A stretch of DNA of 64,000 nucleotides from Candidatus Binatia bacterium (GCA_036504975.1 DASXUF010000129.1:1888-65887); one strand, 5' to 3'; positions 19,552 to 32,368 are shown, counted from the stretch's first letter. Notes: a model not told the origin generated them from the letters alone. Program-made: numbers and translations.

Positions 19552-20742
19552 TTATCGATCGCATTCCCCGCCGATCATGTTGATCATCCCGAAGGTCGGC
19601 ACGATGTCCGCCAGCATGTATCCTTTGATCATCTCATGAAAGGCGCCCATCGCAATGAAGCACGGCGGGCGCACGCGCACGCGATAGGGCTTCCCCCCCC
19701 CCTCGCTCACGATGTAAAAGCCCAACTCGCCGTTGCCGCCCTCGACGGGAAAATAGACTTCCCCCGGCGGGACCTGGATGCCCTCCATGATGATTTTGAA
19801 GTGGTGCATCAGTCCTTCGATGCTGTTGTAAACTTTTTCTTTTTCCGGCAGCACGACGCGCGGATCGTCGAGCGAGACCGGTCCCGCCGGCAGTTTTTTA
19901 AGCGCCTGCTCGACGATTCTCATGCTCTGCTCGATCTCCTCGACGCGGCAGATAAACCGGTCGTAGTTGTCGCCTTTGCTCCCCAGCGGCACCGTGAAGT
20001 CCAACTGATCGTAGATCAAGTACGGATTGGCTCTGCGCACGTCGTAGCTGACTCCCGTCGAGCGGAGAATGGGGCCGGTGAGACCGTAGGAAATCGCCGT
20101 CTCGCGGGAAATCACGCCCACGTTCGACATCCGTTCGATGAAGATCCGGTTGCGCGCGAGCAGGCGCTCGCAGTCGGCGAGCAGCCGGCGCACTTTGCGG
20201 AAAGCGTCCGCGACCTTTTCGGCGAAGCCGGGCGGGAGATCGTGCTTCAAACCGCCGATGCGGACGTAAGTGATCGTAAGCCGCGCGCCGGTCACCTCCT
20301 CGATGATTCTCATCAGGAACTCGCGCGCCTCGATCATGTAAAACCCCACCGTGATCGCACCCAGCTCGGAGGCGGCCATGCCGCAGCAAGTGAGATGATC
20401 CGTCACGCGCGAGATCTCGCTCATGATCGTGCGGATAAATTGACAGCGCGGCGGCGCCTCCACGCCGAGGAGCTTTTCCACGGCCAACGCATAGCCCGCG
20501 TTGTTGATGAGCGGCGAGACGTAGTTGAGACGGTCGGTGTAAGGAATGACTTGAGTCCAGGTCGCCTGCTCGGACATCTTGTCGAAGCCGCGATGGAGAT
20601 ATCCGACTTCCGTGTCGCACTCGAGCACTTTCTCGCCTTCCAGCTTGAGATTTAACTTGATGGTCCCATGGGTCGCCGGATGGGAAGGACCCATCTGCAA
20701 GTCCATGGGCTCCAGCGGCAGCTCTTTGGCTTCGGTTTTCAT
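19552..20742 (-). CDS. nuoD: NADH-quinone oxidoreductase subunit D (operon 1)
   Basis: 396 aa with GPSHPATHG and a C-terminus of ...MINMIGGECDR. No obvious Shine-Dalgarno precedes the first ATG. The in-frame ATG at 20706 (preceded by GGAG) is an alternative start. Confidence 0.9.
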   Translation of the reverse strand: MKTEAKELPLEPMDLQMGPSHPATHGTIKLNLKLEGEKVLECDTEVGYLHRGFDKMSEQATWTQVIPYTDRLNYVSPLINNAGYALAVEKLLGVEAPPRCQFIRTIMSEISRVTDHLTCCGMAASELGAITVGFYMIEAREFLMRIIEEVTGARLTITYVRIGGLKHDLPPGFAEKVADAFRKVRRLLADCERLLARNRIFIERMSNVGVISRETAISYGLTGPILRSTGVSYDVRRANPYLIYDQLDFTVPLGSKGDNYDRFICRVEEIEQSMRIVEQALKKLPAGPVSLDDPRVVLPEKEKVYNSIEGLMHHFKIIMEGIQVPPGEVYFPVEGGNGELGFYIVSEGGGKPYRVRVRPPCFIAMGAFHEMIKGYMLADIVPTFGMINMIGGECDR

Positions 20743-20787
20743 GAGTGTGACGACAAGCGGCGCCCTAGACAGGATTATTCACACGAT

Positions 20788-20950
20788 CAGCCCTCAAGCG
20801 CGAGCCGCTCCGGGCGCGGGCAATAGTTTCTGTGGCTCGAAGGCCGCCCTCGCCGTCCACCTCAAGGGTGCTAACTCCATTTGCCGGGCCTGCCGTGTTG
20901 CTCCACGTCCCTGTGCCCTTCGCCCTTCGGGCTCGCGCTCTCGGGCTTCC
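20788..20950 (-). repeat. R1 repeat family, copy A, inside the nuoC1-nuoD1 spacer
   Basis: See copy B. A perfect 10-nt inverted repeat (20797..20806 and 20930..20939) closes the element. Confidence 0.65.
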
Positions 20951-21206
20951 CGCTTCCATGCGCCGGCACGGTTCCGCAGGGGGCGAGGATGAAAGCCGCA
21001 GGCACAGGGACGCGGAGGTACAATGGCTTGTCTGGTGCTTGATATACCGGAGCATGGTATTTCGATTGTTCGCTTAAGCGCAAATATCTCGACCGAGTCT
21101 ACGAGGCACTGACCTATTGCCTGCGGCTGGAAGCCTCGCCCCTGAGGAACCGGGGGGAATGATACTTTGTTCATAGGATTACCGGTTGCGTACTGAACAA
21201 TCCGGG

Positions 21207-21776
21207 TTAGCGCTTCTCCGCCTTCTGCTTCAGTTGCAAGAGCTTATTGTCCGACCGGACATCGACGAACGTCCCCGCCAGCGGCCGCTCGGGAACGAGA
21301 GGCTGGCGCTGGTTCACCGGATAATCTTTCCTGAGCGGATAACCGCGAAACTCCTCGTAGAGAAGAATCCGCCTGAGATCCGGATGGCCGCGAAAGCGAA
21401 TGCCGAACATGTCCCACACCTCGCGCTCGAGCCAGTTCGCCCCTTTCCACAGCGGCGTCAGCGAATCGACTTCGGCCGCTTCTTCAGACAGCGGAACTTT
21501 GACGCGAAATCGGCGATGCGAGCGCAGCGAAAGCAGGTGATAGACGACTTCGAAGCGCGGCGATTTTTTTCCCAGGTAATCGACCGCGGTGATGTCGGCG
21601 AGAAAATCGAAGTCCAGCCTGGGATCGTCTTTGAGGAAGCGGACGATCTCGATCAGCTTCTCCGGGCCGACGACGACCGTTTCGTCGCCGCGAAACGCGT
21701 GCGCGTCAAGAATCGCCGGTCCGAACTTTTCGCCGAGGTATCGGATGCTCGGGCTCTCTTCGGCCATGAAACTCAC
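21207..21776 (-). CDS. nuoC: NADH-quinone oxidoreductase subunit C (operon 1)
   Basis: 189 aa with the WLEREVWDMFGIRFRGHPDLRRIL motif. It overlaps the nuoA stop by 4 nt. Confidence 0.9.
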   Translation of the reverse strand: MSFMAEESPSIRYLGEKFGPAILDAHAFRGDETVVVGPEKLIEIVRFLKDDPRLDFDFLADITAVDYLGKKSPRFEVVYHLLSLRSHRRFRVKVPLSEEAAEVDSLTPLWKGANWLEREVWDMFGIRFRGHPDLRRILLYEEFRGYPLRKDYPVNQRQPLVPERPLAGTFVDVRSDNKLLQLKQKAEKR

Positions 21777-22132
21777 TCCAGGTCCAGGGCGCCTTTCTTC
21801 CAGGCGTAGATAAAGCCGATCGCCGCGATGATTAAAAAGATTCCCATCTCCACCAGGCCAAAAATCCCCAGGCGGCGAAACATGACGGCCCAGGGATAAA
21901 GAAAAACCGCTTCCAGGTCGAAAATCAGAAAAAGCATGGCCACGAGATAAAACTTTACCGGAAAGCGAATCCGGGCGTCGCCTTTGGGAGGATTTCCCGA
22001 CTCGAAAGGCTCGGCCTTCACCGCGCTCGGCTTCTTGGGACCGGCGATCTGCGCGAGCGAAAGGAGCCCCAATACGACCAGGCCTGCGAAGAAAAATAGG
22101 ACGAGGACGGGAAAAAACGGATCGCTCATCAA
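21773..22132 (-). CDS. nuoA: NADH-quinone oxidoreductase subunit A (operon 1)
   Basis: 119 aa with 3 TM segments, and the first gene of the operon. Confidence 0.9.
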   Translation of the reverse strand: MMSDPFFPVLVLFFFAGLVVLGLLSLAQIAGPKKPSAVKAEPFESGNPPKGDARIRFPVKFYLVAMLFLIFDLEAVFLYPWAVMFRRLGIFGLVEMGIFLIIAAIGFIYAWKKGALDLE

Positions 22133-22216
22133 TGGACCACGTTGGCGACCACGCCGGGGGTCACGTTAAAGACAGGCCGTTAGAAAGCCCTGAGGCAACC
22201 GCAGACAACCAATTTT

Positions 22217-22245
22217 TTTGTATTGGAAAACGGCCGCGAAGTCAA
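22217..22245 (-). promoter_or_regulatory. Candidate sigma70-type promoter of nuo operon 1 (TTGACT-N17-TACAAA)
   Basis: On the minus strand the -35 is at 22245..22240 and the -10 is at 22222..22217. It lies about 85 nt upstream of the nuoA ATG. This is a pattern match only. Confidence 0.35.
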
Positions 22246-22287
22246 GGAAATCGGGCGTATACGGCGGATAAAGGCGCGACCAAGTCC

Positions 22288-22362
22288 GACCGCTCTCAGC
22301 ATTTTTGTTGGGCGTAAACTGACGTATCGCATCGGCCCGGAGAGAGACTCCCAGGTGGACGG
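22288..22362 (-). repeat. H1 element, partial copy (5' half only) downstream of htrA
   Basis: 22321..22350 (GACGTATCGCATCGGCCCGGAGAGAGACTC) is identical to 27290..27319. Weaker similarity continues on both sides. Confidence 0.6.
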
Positions 22363-22393
22363 ATGTCAGCGCGAACTCATATGGCCGGCCCGC

Positions 22394-23539
22394 CTAGCCG
22401 GCCGTTTCGTCGATGGGAGCGAGCGTCGCCTTGATCTGAATCTGCTTTCCGTCGCGCAGCAGCGCGATGGTCACCGTATCCCCCACCTTATACTGGTCCA
22501 TCGCCAGGTAAAGATCGTTCACGGTCTCGATCTTTTTTCCATCGAGGCCAACGATCACGTCGCCGAGAGTCACGCGGCCCTGCGCGTCGCGGATGGTCGG
22601 ACGCATGCCGGCCTTGGCCGCCGGACTGTTTCGGGGGACGACCAAGACCAATACGCCCTTCAATCCCAACCGGGCGGCGATCTGATCGTCGGCCGCGGAA
22701 AAACCGAGGCCCGGGCGGACGAACTTGCCGTGCCGAATGAGTTCCGGCACGACGCGGTTCACGGTATCGACCGGAATGGCAAAGCCGATGCCGGCCGACG
22801 CTCCCGACGGACTGTAGATCGCCGTGTTGACGCCGATCAACCGGCCGGCGCTGTCGAGCAGCGGGCCGCCCGAGTTTCCGGGATTGATCGCCGTGTCGGT
22901 CTGAATCACGCCTTGAATCGGCCGGCGCGTGACCGATTCGATCTCCCGGCCGAGCGCGCTCACCACTCCGGTCGTCAGCGTCTGGTCGAGGCCGAACGGA
23001 TTGCCGATGGCGAACGCGCTCTGCCCGACCTGAAGGTCCTTGGACGAGCCGATGGGAATCGGCCGCAGCCGGTTCTTCGGCGCGTCGATCCTCAATACGG
23101 CGAGATCTTTATCGGGCGCGACGCCGACGCGCCGCGCCTTCCAATTGGAATGATCCGCCAACGTGACCTGAGCCGCGTCGGCGTTCTGGATGACGTGAAA
23201 GTTGGTGACGATGTCGCCGTTCTCGTCCCAGATCAACCCGGAGCCCATGCCTTCGGGAATCTGCTGCTGGTTCAACGAGAAGAAGTCGCGCTGAACCGCC
23301 ATGGTGGTGATGTGGACGACGGACGGGGAGGCCTGACGGAAAAGCGCGATCACCGCTTTCTCGCCGGCGGCTAGCTCGCCGCGCGGCGCGACCTGCCCCG
23401 GCGCCGCCGAAGGATCGGTGAGCGCCGCGCCGCGCGCCGCGAGCTGCCAGACCAAAAGCGCGCCCAACGCCAGGCCGGCGAGCGCGAATATAAACGTCCT
23501 CGACTTGGGTGACGCGGCGATGCGATTTGATATGGCCAC
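22394..23539 (-). CDS. HtrA/DegP-family periplasmic serine protease (trypsin-like domain plus PDZ)
   Basis: 381 aa with a signal/TM segment at the N-terminus. The catalytic blocks TNFHVI and GNSGGPLL are present, followed by a C-terminal PDZ-like region. Confidence 0.9.
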   Translation of the reverse strand: MAISNRIAASPKSRTFIFALAGLALGALLVWQLAARGAALTDPSAAPGQVAPRGELAAGEKAVIALFRQASPSVVHITTMAVQRDFFSLNQQQIPEGMGSGLIWDENGDIVTNFHVIQNADAAQVTLADHSNWKARRVGVAPDKDLAVLRIDAPKNRLRPIPIGSSKDLQVGQSAFAIGNPFGLDQTLTTGVVSALGREIESVTRRPIQGVIQTDTAINPGNSGGPLLDSAGRLIGVNTAIYSPSGASAGIGFAIPVDTVNRVVPELIRHGKFVRPGLGFSAADDQIAARLGLKGVLVLVVPRNSPAAKAGMRPTIRDAQGRVTLGDVIVGLDGKKIETVNDLYLAMDQYKVGDTVTIALLRDGKQIQIKATLAPIDETAG

Positions 23540-23599
23540 AAAATTCTCCGGCGCTGATCTTGCCCTGGTCGGCCTTATCGCTCAACTCGAACCGGCGGT

Positions 23600-26049
<2,450 letters not shown>

Positions 26050-26050
<1 letters not shown>

Positions 26051-26463
26051 CAGCTCTTCCTTAGTTGAACGAACAATAATCCTTCGCGCCGGCGCACCTC
26101 TCCTAGCGAGAGTGAAATGCCCGGCGGCAACTGCAAGCGCCGCTCAAACCGTCCACAGGGTATTTCGAGCACTTTAAGCTCTCCGTCCGAAAAACACTCG
26201 GGCAGCGGACGGTGTCCGGAAACGATCAAAGCGCCGCCTTCCAGGCGTAATTCGATTCGATCGGCGGCGACTCCCGGCAGGGCGAAAATCACCCATAGGT
26301 CCTCGTCGGTCTCTACGACGTTCACCGCCGGCGACCAGCGCGCTCTTTGATCGACGGACGCTTGCAGTCCGCCCAGCGCGGCCTGCAAAAAACTCCGTTG
26401 GATACGTTCCGCCTGTTCCAACAACTCGCTCGCCTGCCGCCACATCCACGGGTCCCATACCAT
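26050..26463 (-). CDS. Hsp20 / alpha-crystallin family small heat-shock protein
   Basis: 137 aa with an alpha-crystallin-like core (VNVVETDEDLWVIFALPGV...IELRLEGGALIVSG). Its stop overlaps the lon ATG by 1 nt. Confidence 0.75.
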
Positions 26464-26488
26464 ATTTTACACCTCCGCAATCTTTAAG

Positions 26489-26517
26489 AAGCTAGGTCGC
26501 GATGTCCACCTTGTCAA
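26489..26517 (-). promoter_or_regulatory. Candidate promoter of hsp20-lon-htrA (TTGACA-N17-TAGCTT)
   Basis: On the minus strand the -35 is at 26517..26512 and the -10 is at 26494..26489. A GGAGG Shine-Dalgarno precedes the hsp20 ATG. Confidence 0.4.
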
Positions 26518-26532
26518 GGCAGCCGCCGGATC

Positions 26533-26561
26533 TTGACAGCATGCCGGACCGTGATTAACTT
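26533..26561 (+). promoter_or_regulatory. Candidate promoter of the divergent hsp20 (TTGACA-N17-TAACTT)
   Basis: The -35 is at 26533..26538 and the -10 at 26556..26561. A GGGAGGG Shine-Dalgarno precedes the ATG at 26601. Confidence 0.4.
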
Positions 26562-26600
26562 TTTTGCAGATAAAAAAATAAGAAAAGGGAGGGATTAACT

Positions 26601-27047
26601 ATGGATCTCGTAAGATGGGAACCTTTTGAAGGTTTGCCCAGCATTCAGTCCAGGATCAACGACCTCTTCGAGGACACCCTCGGCTCGCGGCTCACGCGTG
26701 CCGCCGCCAACGGCGCCGTCTGGTATCCTCCGGTGGACATCCTAGAAAGCAAGGAGGCGTATCTGATCCGCGCCGAGCTGCCGGGGATGAAGAAAGAGGA
26801 TTTCAATGTGGAGGTCAAGGAGGGCACGTTGACCTTGAGCGGAGAAAGGAAAGTCGAAGAGCCCGTTAACGGCGTTGAGTACCACCGGGTGGAGCGGCTG
26901 GCGGGAAAATTCACCCGCTCCTTCTACTTGCCGCAGACCGTAAAACAGGACGCGATCAAGGCGACCTACCGGGACGGCATCCTGGAAGTCTATGTCCCGA
27001 AAGCCGAAGAGGCCAAGCCGAAGCAGATCACCGTCAGCGTGAACTGA
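26601..27047 (+). CDS. Hsp20 / IbpA-type small heat-shock protein
   Basis: 148 aa with the canonical blocks PPVDILESKEAYLIRAELPGMKKEDFNVEV and ATYRDGILEVYVPK. Confidence 0.95.
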   Translation: MDLVRWEPFEGLPSIQSRINDLFEDTLGSRLTRAAANGAVWYPPVDILESKEAYLIRAELPGMKKEDFNVEVKEGTLTLSGERKVEEPVNGVEYHRVERLAGKFTRSFYLPQTVKQDAIKATYRDGILEVYVPKAEEAKPKQITVSVN

Positions 27048-27070
27048 TTCGCCGACGCTTGGGTTCCAAG

Positions 27071-27105
27071 GGGGGAGAGAAGAAATTCTCTCCCCCCTTT
27101 TTTTT
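27071..27105 (+). terminator. Rho-independent terminator of hsp20
   Basis: GGGGGGAGAGA-loop-TCTCTCCCCCC followed by T8. Confidence 0.8.
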
Positions 27106-27107
27106 AT

Positions 27108-27140
27108 AAAAAAAGGGCGTCGGGAATTTCCCGGCGCCCT
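27108..27140 (-). terminator. Rho-independent terminator closing the groES-groEL transcript
   Basis: On the minus strand GGGCGCCGGGA-AATT-TCCCGACGCCC is followed by T7. It lies about 205 nt after the groEL stop. Confidence 0.7.
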
Positions 27141-27182
27141 CGTATCATCATTCTCAAAATCTTTTTCCCACCGGTCAACTGA

Positions 27183-27335
27183 TGCAACCGCCCGCCCGGG
27201 GGTTTCTCGAAGGGCCGATGCGTGGGGACGAGGAGCCTCAGGCGTACTTCGGAGTTACTATGAAGACCGCTCGTGCCGGCGTAACACGGACGTATCGCAT
27301 CGGCCCGGAGAGAGACTCACGGACGGGCGGTTGCA
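27183..27335 (-). repeat. H1 nested-hairpin element (full copy) in the groEL 3' UTR
   Basis: A perfect 12-bp outer stem pairs 27183..27194 with 27324..27335. A perfect 11-bp inner stem pairs 27212..27222 with 27296..27306. See findings. Confidence 0.7.
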
Positions 27336-27345
27336 GACGGCCTGC

Positions 27346-29266
<1,921 letters not shown>

Positions 29267-29324
29267 ACGAAACCTCCTCTATAAAACGTGAATTTATAAT
29301 GGACGGAGCCGTGGATTGGATGCA

Positions 29325-29352
29325 AATATAAGCTCGCATCCGCAAACGTCAA
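29325..29352 (-). promoter_or_regulatory. Candidate groESL promoter (TTGACG-N16-TATATT)
   Basis: On the minus strand the -35 is at 29352..29347 and the -10 is at 29330..29325. No CIRCE (TTAGCACTC-N9-GAGTGCTAA) was seen in the leader. Confidence 0.45.
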
Positions 29353-29379
29353 GGGTCCGGCACAAATTTTTTCGTCTCT

Positions 29380-29757
29380 TTACTTGCCAGACGGGTTATA
29401 GGGCGGGCTGGCCAGGCTTCTGACGTATGCGATAACATCGCGGATTTGCTTTTCCCTCAGTTGGTTGCCCCAAGCCGGCATAAACGGCGATTTTCCGACC
29501 CCCTGGCCGCCCTTTGAGATGATCTCGAACAGGAACTTGTCCGGGAGCTGGTTCATCGCAGCCCCGTCGGTATGGTTGGTCGGCTTGACCGGCAGGGATA
29601 CCGCCGCCTGACCGTTCCCTTTCCCGCTCTCTCCATGACAACCGGAACAATAAGTGATGTAGTGTTTCTTGCCCTCGGCCTTGTCCTGGGCCGCCGCGGT
29701 TTGCGCCAGGATCAAAAGCAACGTCACCGTTCCGCCCAAAGCCAATCGATGTTCCAT
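29380..29757 (-). CDS. Mono-haem class I c-type cytochrome, secreted
   Basis: 125 aa with a signal peptide, a single CSGCH haem-binding motif, and a distal Met region (SPFMPAWG). Confidence 0.85.
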   Translation of the reverse strand: MEHRLALGGTVTLLLILAQTAAAQDKAEGKKHYITYCSGCHGESGKGNGQAAVSLPVKPTNHTDGAAMNQLPDKFLFEIISKGGQGVGKSPFMPAWGNQLREKQIRDVIAYVRSLASPPYNPSGK

Positions 29758-29877
29758 TACCCTCCTCCGTATTTTTCCGCCTCTAAAACAATTTCACTTA
29801 TCAGATCGCGGAGAAAAGCGGTAGCGCCCGGTACACTTTATGGCCAAACGGTGGTAAGGGTCCAAAAAGGAGGGGTT

Positions 29878-30513
29878 ATGGCGAGCGCAACCAGGATCAA
29901 GATCTGGGGCAGACGAGACTCATCGAACGTGCAAAAGGTCGTCTGGTGCTGCGATGAGCTGGGCGTGGACTTCGACCGCGTGGACCTCGGCGGCAAATTC
30001 GGCGGCAACAAAGAGAAGCCCTATCTCGATATGAACCCAAACGGCCTCGTGCCGACGATCGATGACGGCGGCTTTATCCTGTGGGAATCGAACACGATCG
30101 TCCGCTATCTCACCGAAAAATACGGCGGCGGAAAACTGCTTCCGCCGAGTCCGGAAGGACGCGCGAACGCCAGCCGCTGGATGGATTGGCAGTTGAGCAC
30201 GATGAATCCGGCCATCGTGCCGCTTTTTTGGGGAATTGTCCGCACGCCGGAAGAAAAGCGTGACCGCGCGGCGCTCGCAACCGCGCTGGAGAGAACCACG
30301 AATGCGTGGAAGATCGTCGACGATCAGTTGGCGAAGACCCCTTACCTCGCCGGCAATGATTTTACCATCGGCGATATCCCGCTGGCCGTTTGGGCCTACC
30401 GCTGGTTCAAACTGCCGATCGAGCGCCCCGCGCTGAAGCACCTAAGCGCTTGGTACGATCGCCTCTGCCAGCGTCCGCCGTATCAGACCCACATCATGAT
30501 TCCGATGACGTAG
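29878..30513 (+). CDS. Glutathione S-transferase family protein
   Basis: The track ORF is trimmed to the ATG at 29878, which follows an AAGGAGGGG Shine-Dalgarno. 211 aa with the N-terminal block SSNVQKVVWCCDELG...NPNGLVPTIDD...LWESNTIVRYL. Confidence 0.85.
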   Translation: MASATRIKIWGRRDSSNVQKVVWCCDELGVDFDRVDLGGKFGGNKEKPYLDMNPNGLVPTIDDGGFILWESNTIVRYLTEKYGGGKLLPPSPEGRANASRWMDWQLSTMNPAIVPLFWGIVRTPEEKRDRAALATALERTTNAWKIVDDQLAKTPYLAGNDFTIGDIPLAVWAYRWFKLPIERPALKHLSAWYDRLCQRPPYQTHIMIPMT

Positions 30514-30528
30514 CCGCCAACCCCGCCA

Positions 30529-31323
30529 CTATTTATCACTTAGAATTATCGGCAAGCCGCTCTTGTCACCCAGGACAATGATCTTTGCGTTCGGGCTCTT
30601 GGAAAGCTCGCTCGCCACTTCGATCGCCTTCCATTTGAGCAACTGCTCGCTGATACCCCTCGATACGATGGCCTGGAAATCGGCGATTCCTTGGCCTTCG
30701 ATGCGCTTTCTTTCGGCTTCCTGCTTTTCCTTGTCAAGAACGAATCTCATCCTCTGAGACTGCTGTTCCGCCTGTAACTTTTCCTGGATCGACTGGGTCA
30801 AAAGCTGCGGGAGCTGCACCGCCCTGAGAAGCACCTGCTCCGCTTCGATGCCCCGGGGAGTGATAAGCAGCTCGATGTGTTTGAACATGTTCTTGGCCAC
30901 CATCTCGCGCGAGGCCGAATAGAGGAACTTCGCCTCGTACTCGGCCGTAACGTCGCGGATGACGGAGCGGAGCTGCGGATCGATAACGACGAATTCATAA
31001 TTTCTCCCAACCGTCTTATAGACTCTGGGCGCCTCTTCCGGTTTGAGGCGAAAGAGCAAAGACACGTCCAGGTTGACGATGAGTCCCTCCGACGTTGGAA
31101 CCGCGGCCGACTCCTTCATTTCCCGGGTCTGGACGCTGAATTTTATTACCCGAGTGAAGGGAAAAACGAAGTTGATCCCCGGGTGCAGCGGCTGGTCGGA
31201 GACTTTACCGAAGAAATCCTTGACTCCGACATGCCCCGCGGGCACAACGGTTGTCGTCAGATACAATAAGAGAAGGATTCCAGCCGCGATCGCAGCCGCC
31301 TTCACCGATACAATACGCTCCAT
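30529..31323 (-). CDS. SPFH / band-7 (prohibitin/HflC-like) membrane protein
   Basis: Trimmed to MERIVSV (ATG at 31323), which is preceded by an AAGGAGG Shine-Dalgarno. It has an N-terminal TM segment, then an SPFH core and a coiled coil (LQAEQQSQRMRFVLDKEKQEAERKRIEGQG). Confidence 0.8.
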   Translation of the reverse strand: MERIVSVKAAAIAAGILLLLYLTTTVVPAGHVGVKDFFGKVSDQPLHPGINFVFPFTRVIKFSVQTREMKESAAVPTSEGLIVNLDVSLLFRLKPEEAPRVYKTVGRNYEFVVIDPQLRSVIRDVTAEYEAKFLYSASREMVAKNMFKHIELLITPRGIEAEQVLLRAVQLPQLLTQSIQEKLQAEQQSQRMRFVLDKEKQEAERKRIEGQGIADFQAIVSRGISEQLLKWKAIEVASELSKSPNAKIIVLGDKSGLPIILSDK

Positions 31324-31678
31324 GCCTGCGCCCTCCTTGCCGTCTTCCGGGCGACGGAAAATGCCGCGATGCTGCCACATAAATTGTAGCGCGTTCTTAT
31401 CGCAGCGGGAGGAAAATGTCTATGTTTTTTTTAACTTTCGGATAGACGGCCGATTGCGGAATTGTTTGAGCGAAATCGGGGATTAATCAGGCGGCAAAGA
31501 ATTTAGGGGCCAGCTCAACTCTGCCGAAGGCGCGAACGTTTGGTGGATTTCCACCGGAAAATTTGCCCACACACGTGTGCATTTCAACCAGAAGAGAACT
31601 GAAGTGAGATCAGCGGGGTTTGGCGGTCTGGCATTGATCGATTGCCCATGATAATTTGTTGCCACAACGAGTAACCTC

Positions 31679-31843
31679 ATGAAACACAAGTTGACGATGG
31701 TCTACTGGAGAGGGGACAAGTTCTGGCTCGGCAAGTTGATGGAGCATCCTGAAATCATGACGCAAGGAGAAACCGTGGAGGAACTTGAAGAGAACATCAA
31801 AAATGCCTACCGCTCCATCGTTATGGATGAACTAGAAGGGTAG
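31679..31843 (+). CDS. HicB-like (UPF0150) antitoxin-domain protein, 54 aa, no cognate toxin adjacent
   Basis: Below the ORF-track size cutoff, so translated by hand: MKHKLTMVYWRGDKFWLGKLMEHPEIMTQGETVEELEENIKNAYRSIVMDELEG. The pattern matches HicB N-terminal-domain proteins. Confidence 0.55.
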   Translation: MKHKLTMVYWRGDKFWLGKLMEHPEIMTQGETVEELEENIKNAYRSIVMDELEG

Positions 31844-32116
<273 letters not shown>

Positions 32117-32130
<14 letters not shown>

Positions 32131-32368
32131 AGGGAAAGCCCGGCCGCTTGGGGCTGACGAAGACACAATGCGGCCCGAGTACGATTTTTCTAAGGCGGTC
32201 CGCGGCGTCACCGCGGCACGGTACGCGGAAGGCACCAACGTTGTTCTTCTCGACCCGGATGTCGCCCAAATCTTTCCTAACGCTCGTGCGGTGAACGAGG
32301 CGTTGCGCACGATCGCTCGCCTGACGCGTACGGCATCGAGACAGCGGCCCCGCAAGCGTACGGCATAA
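32117..32368 (+). CDS. Putative antitoxin partner of BrnT (EYDFSKAVRG... family)
   Basis: It overlaps the end of the BrnT reading frame. MKKSKGKARPLGADEDTMRPEYDFSKAVRGVTAARYAEGTNVVLLDPDVAQIFPN resembles small proteins I recall seeing next to DUF497 toxins. The start is ambiguous, because 32102 is also in frame. Confidence 0.5.

Noticed and set aside
20743-21206. Possible nuoB pseudogene or a group II intron remnant in the nuoC1-nuoD1 spacer.
   Set aside because: No frame shows NuoB hallmarks (CCAIE, CPPRP). The spacer is also in the wrong position, because nuoB belongs between A and C. I could not find a domain V-like hairpin or the GUGYG/AY boundaries of a group II intron.
29267-29379. CIRCE/HrcA operator upstream of groES.
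   Set aside because: There is no TTAGCACTC-N9-GAGTGCTAA-like inverted repeat. Only a short GGATGC...GCATCC hairpin overlaps the putative -10 region.
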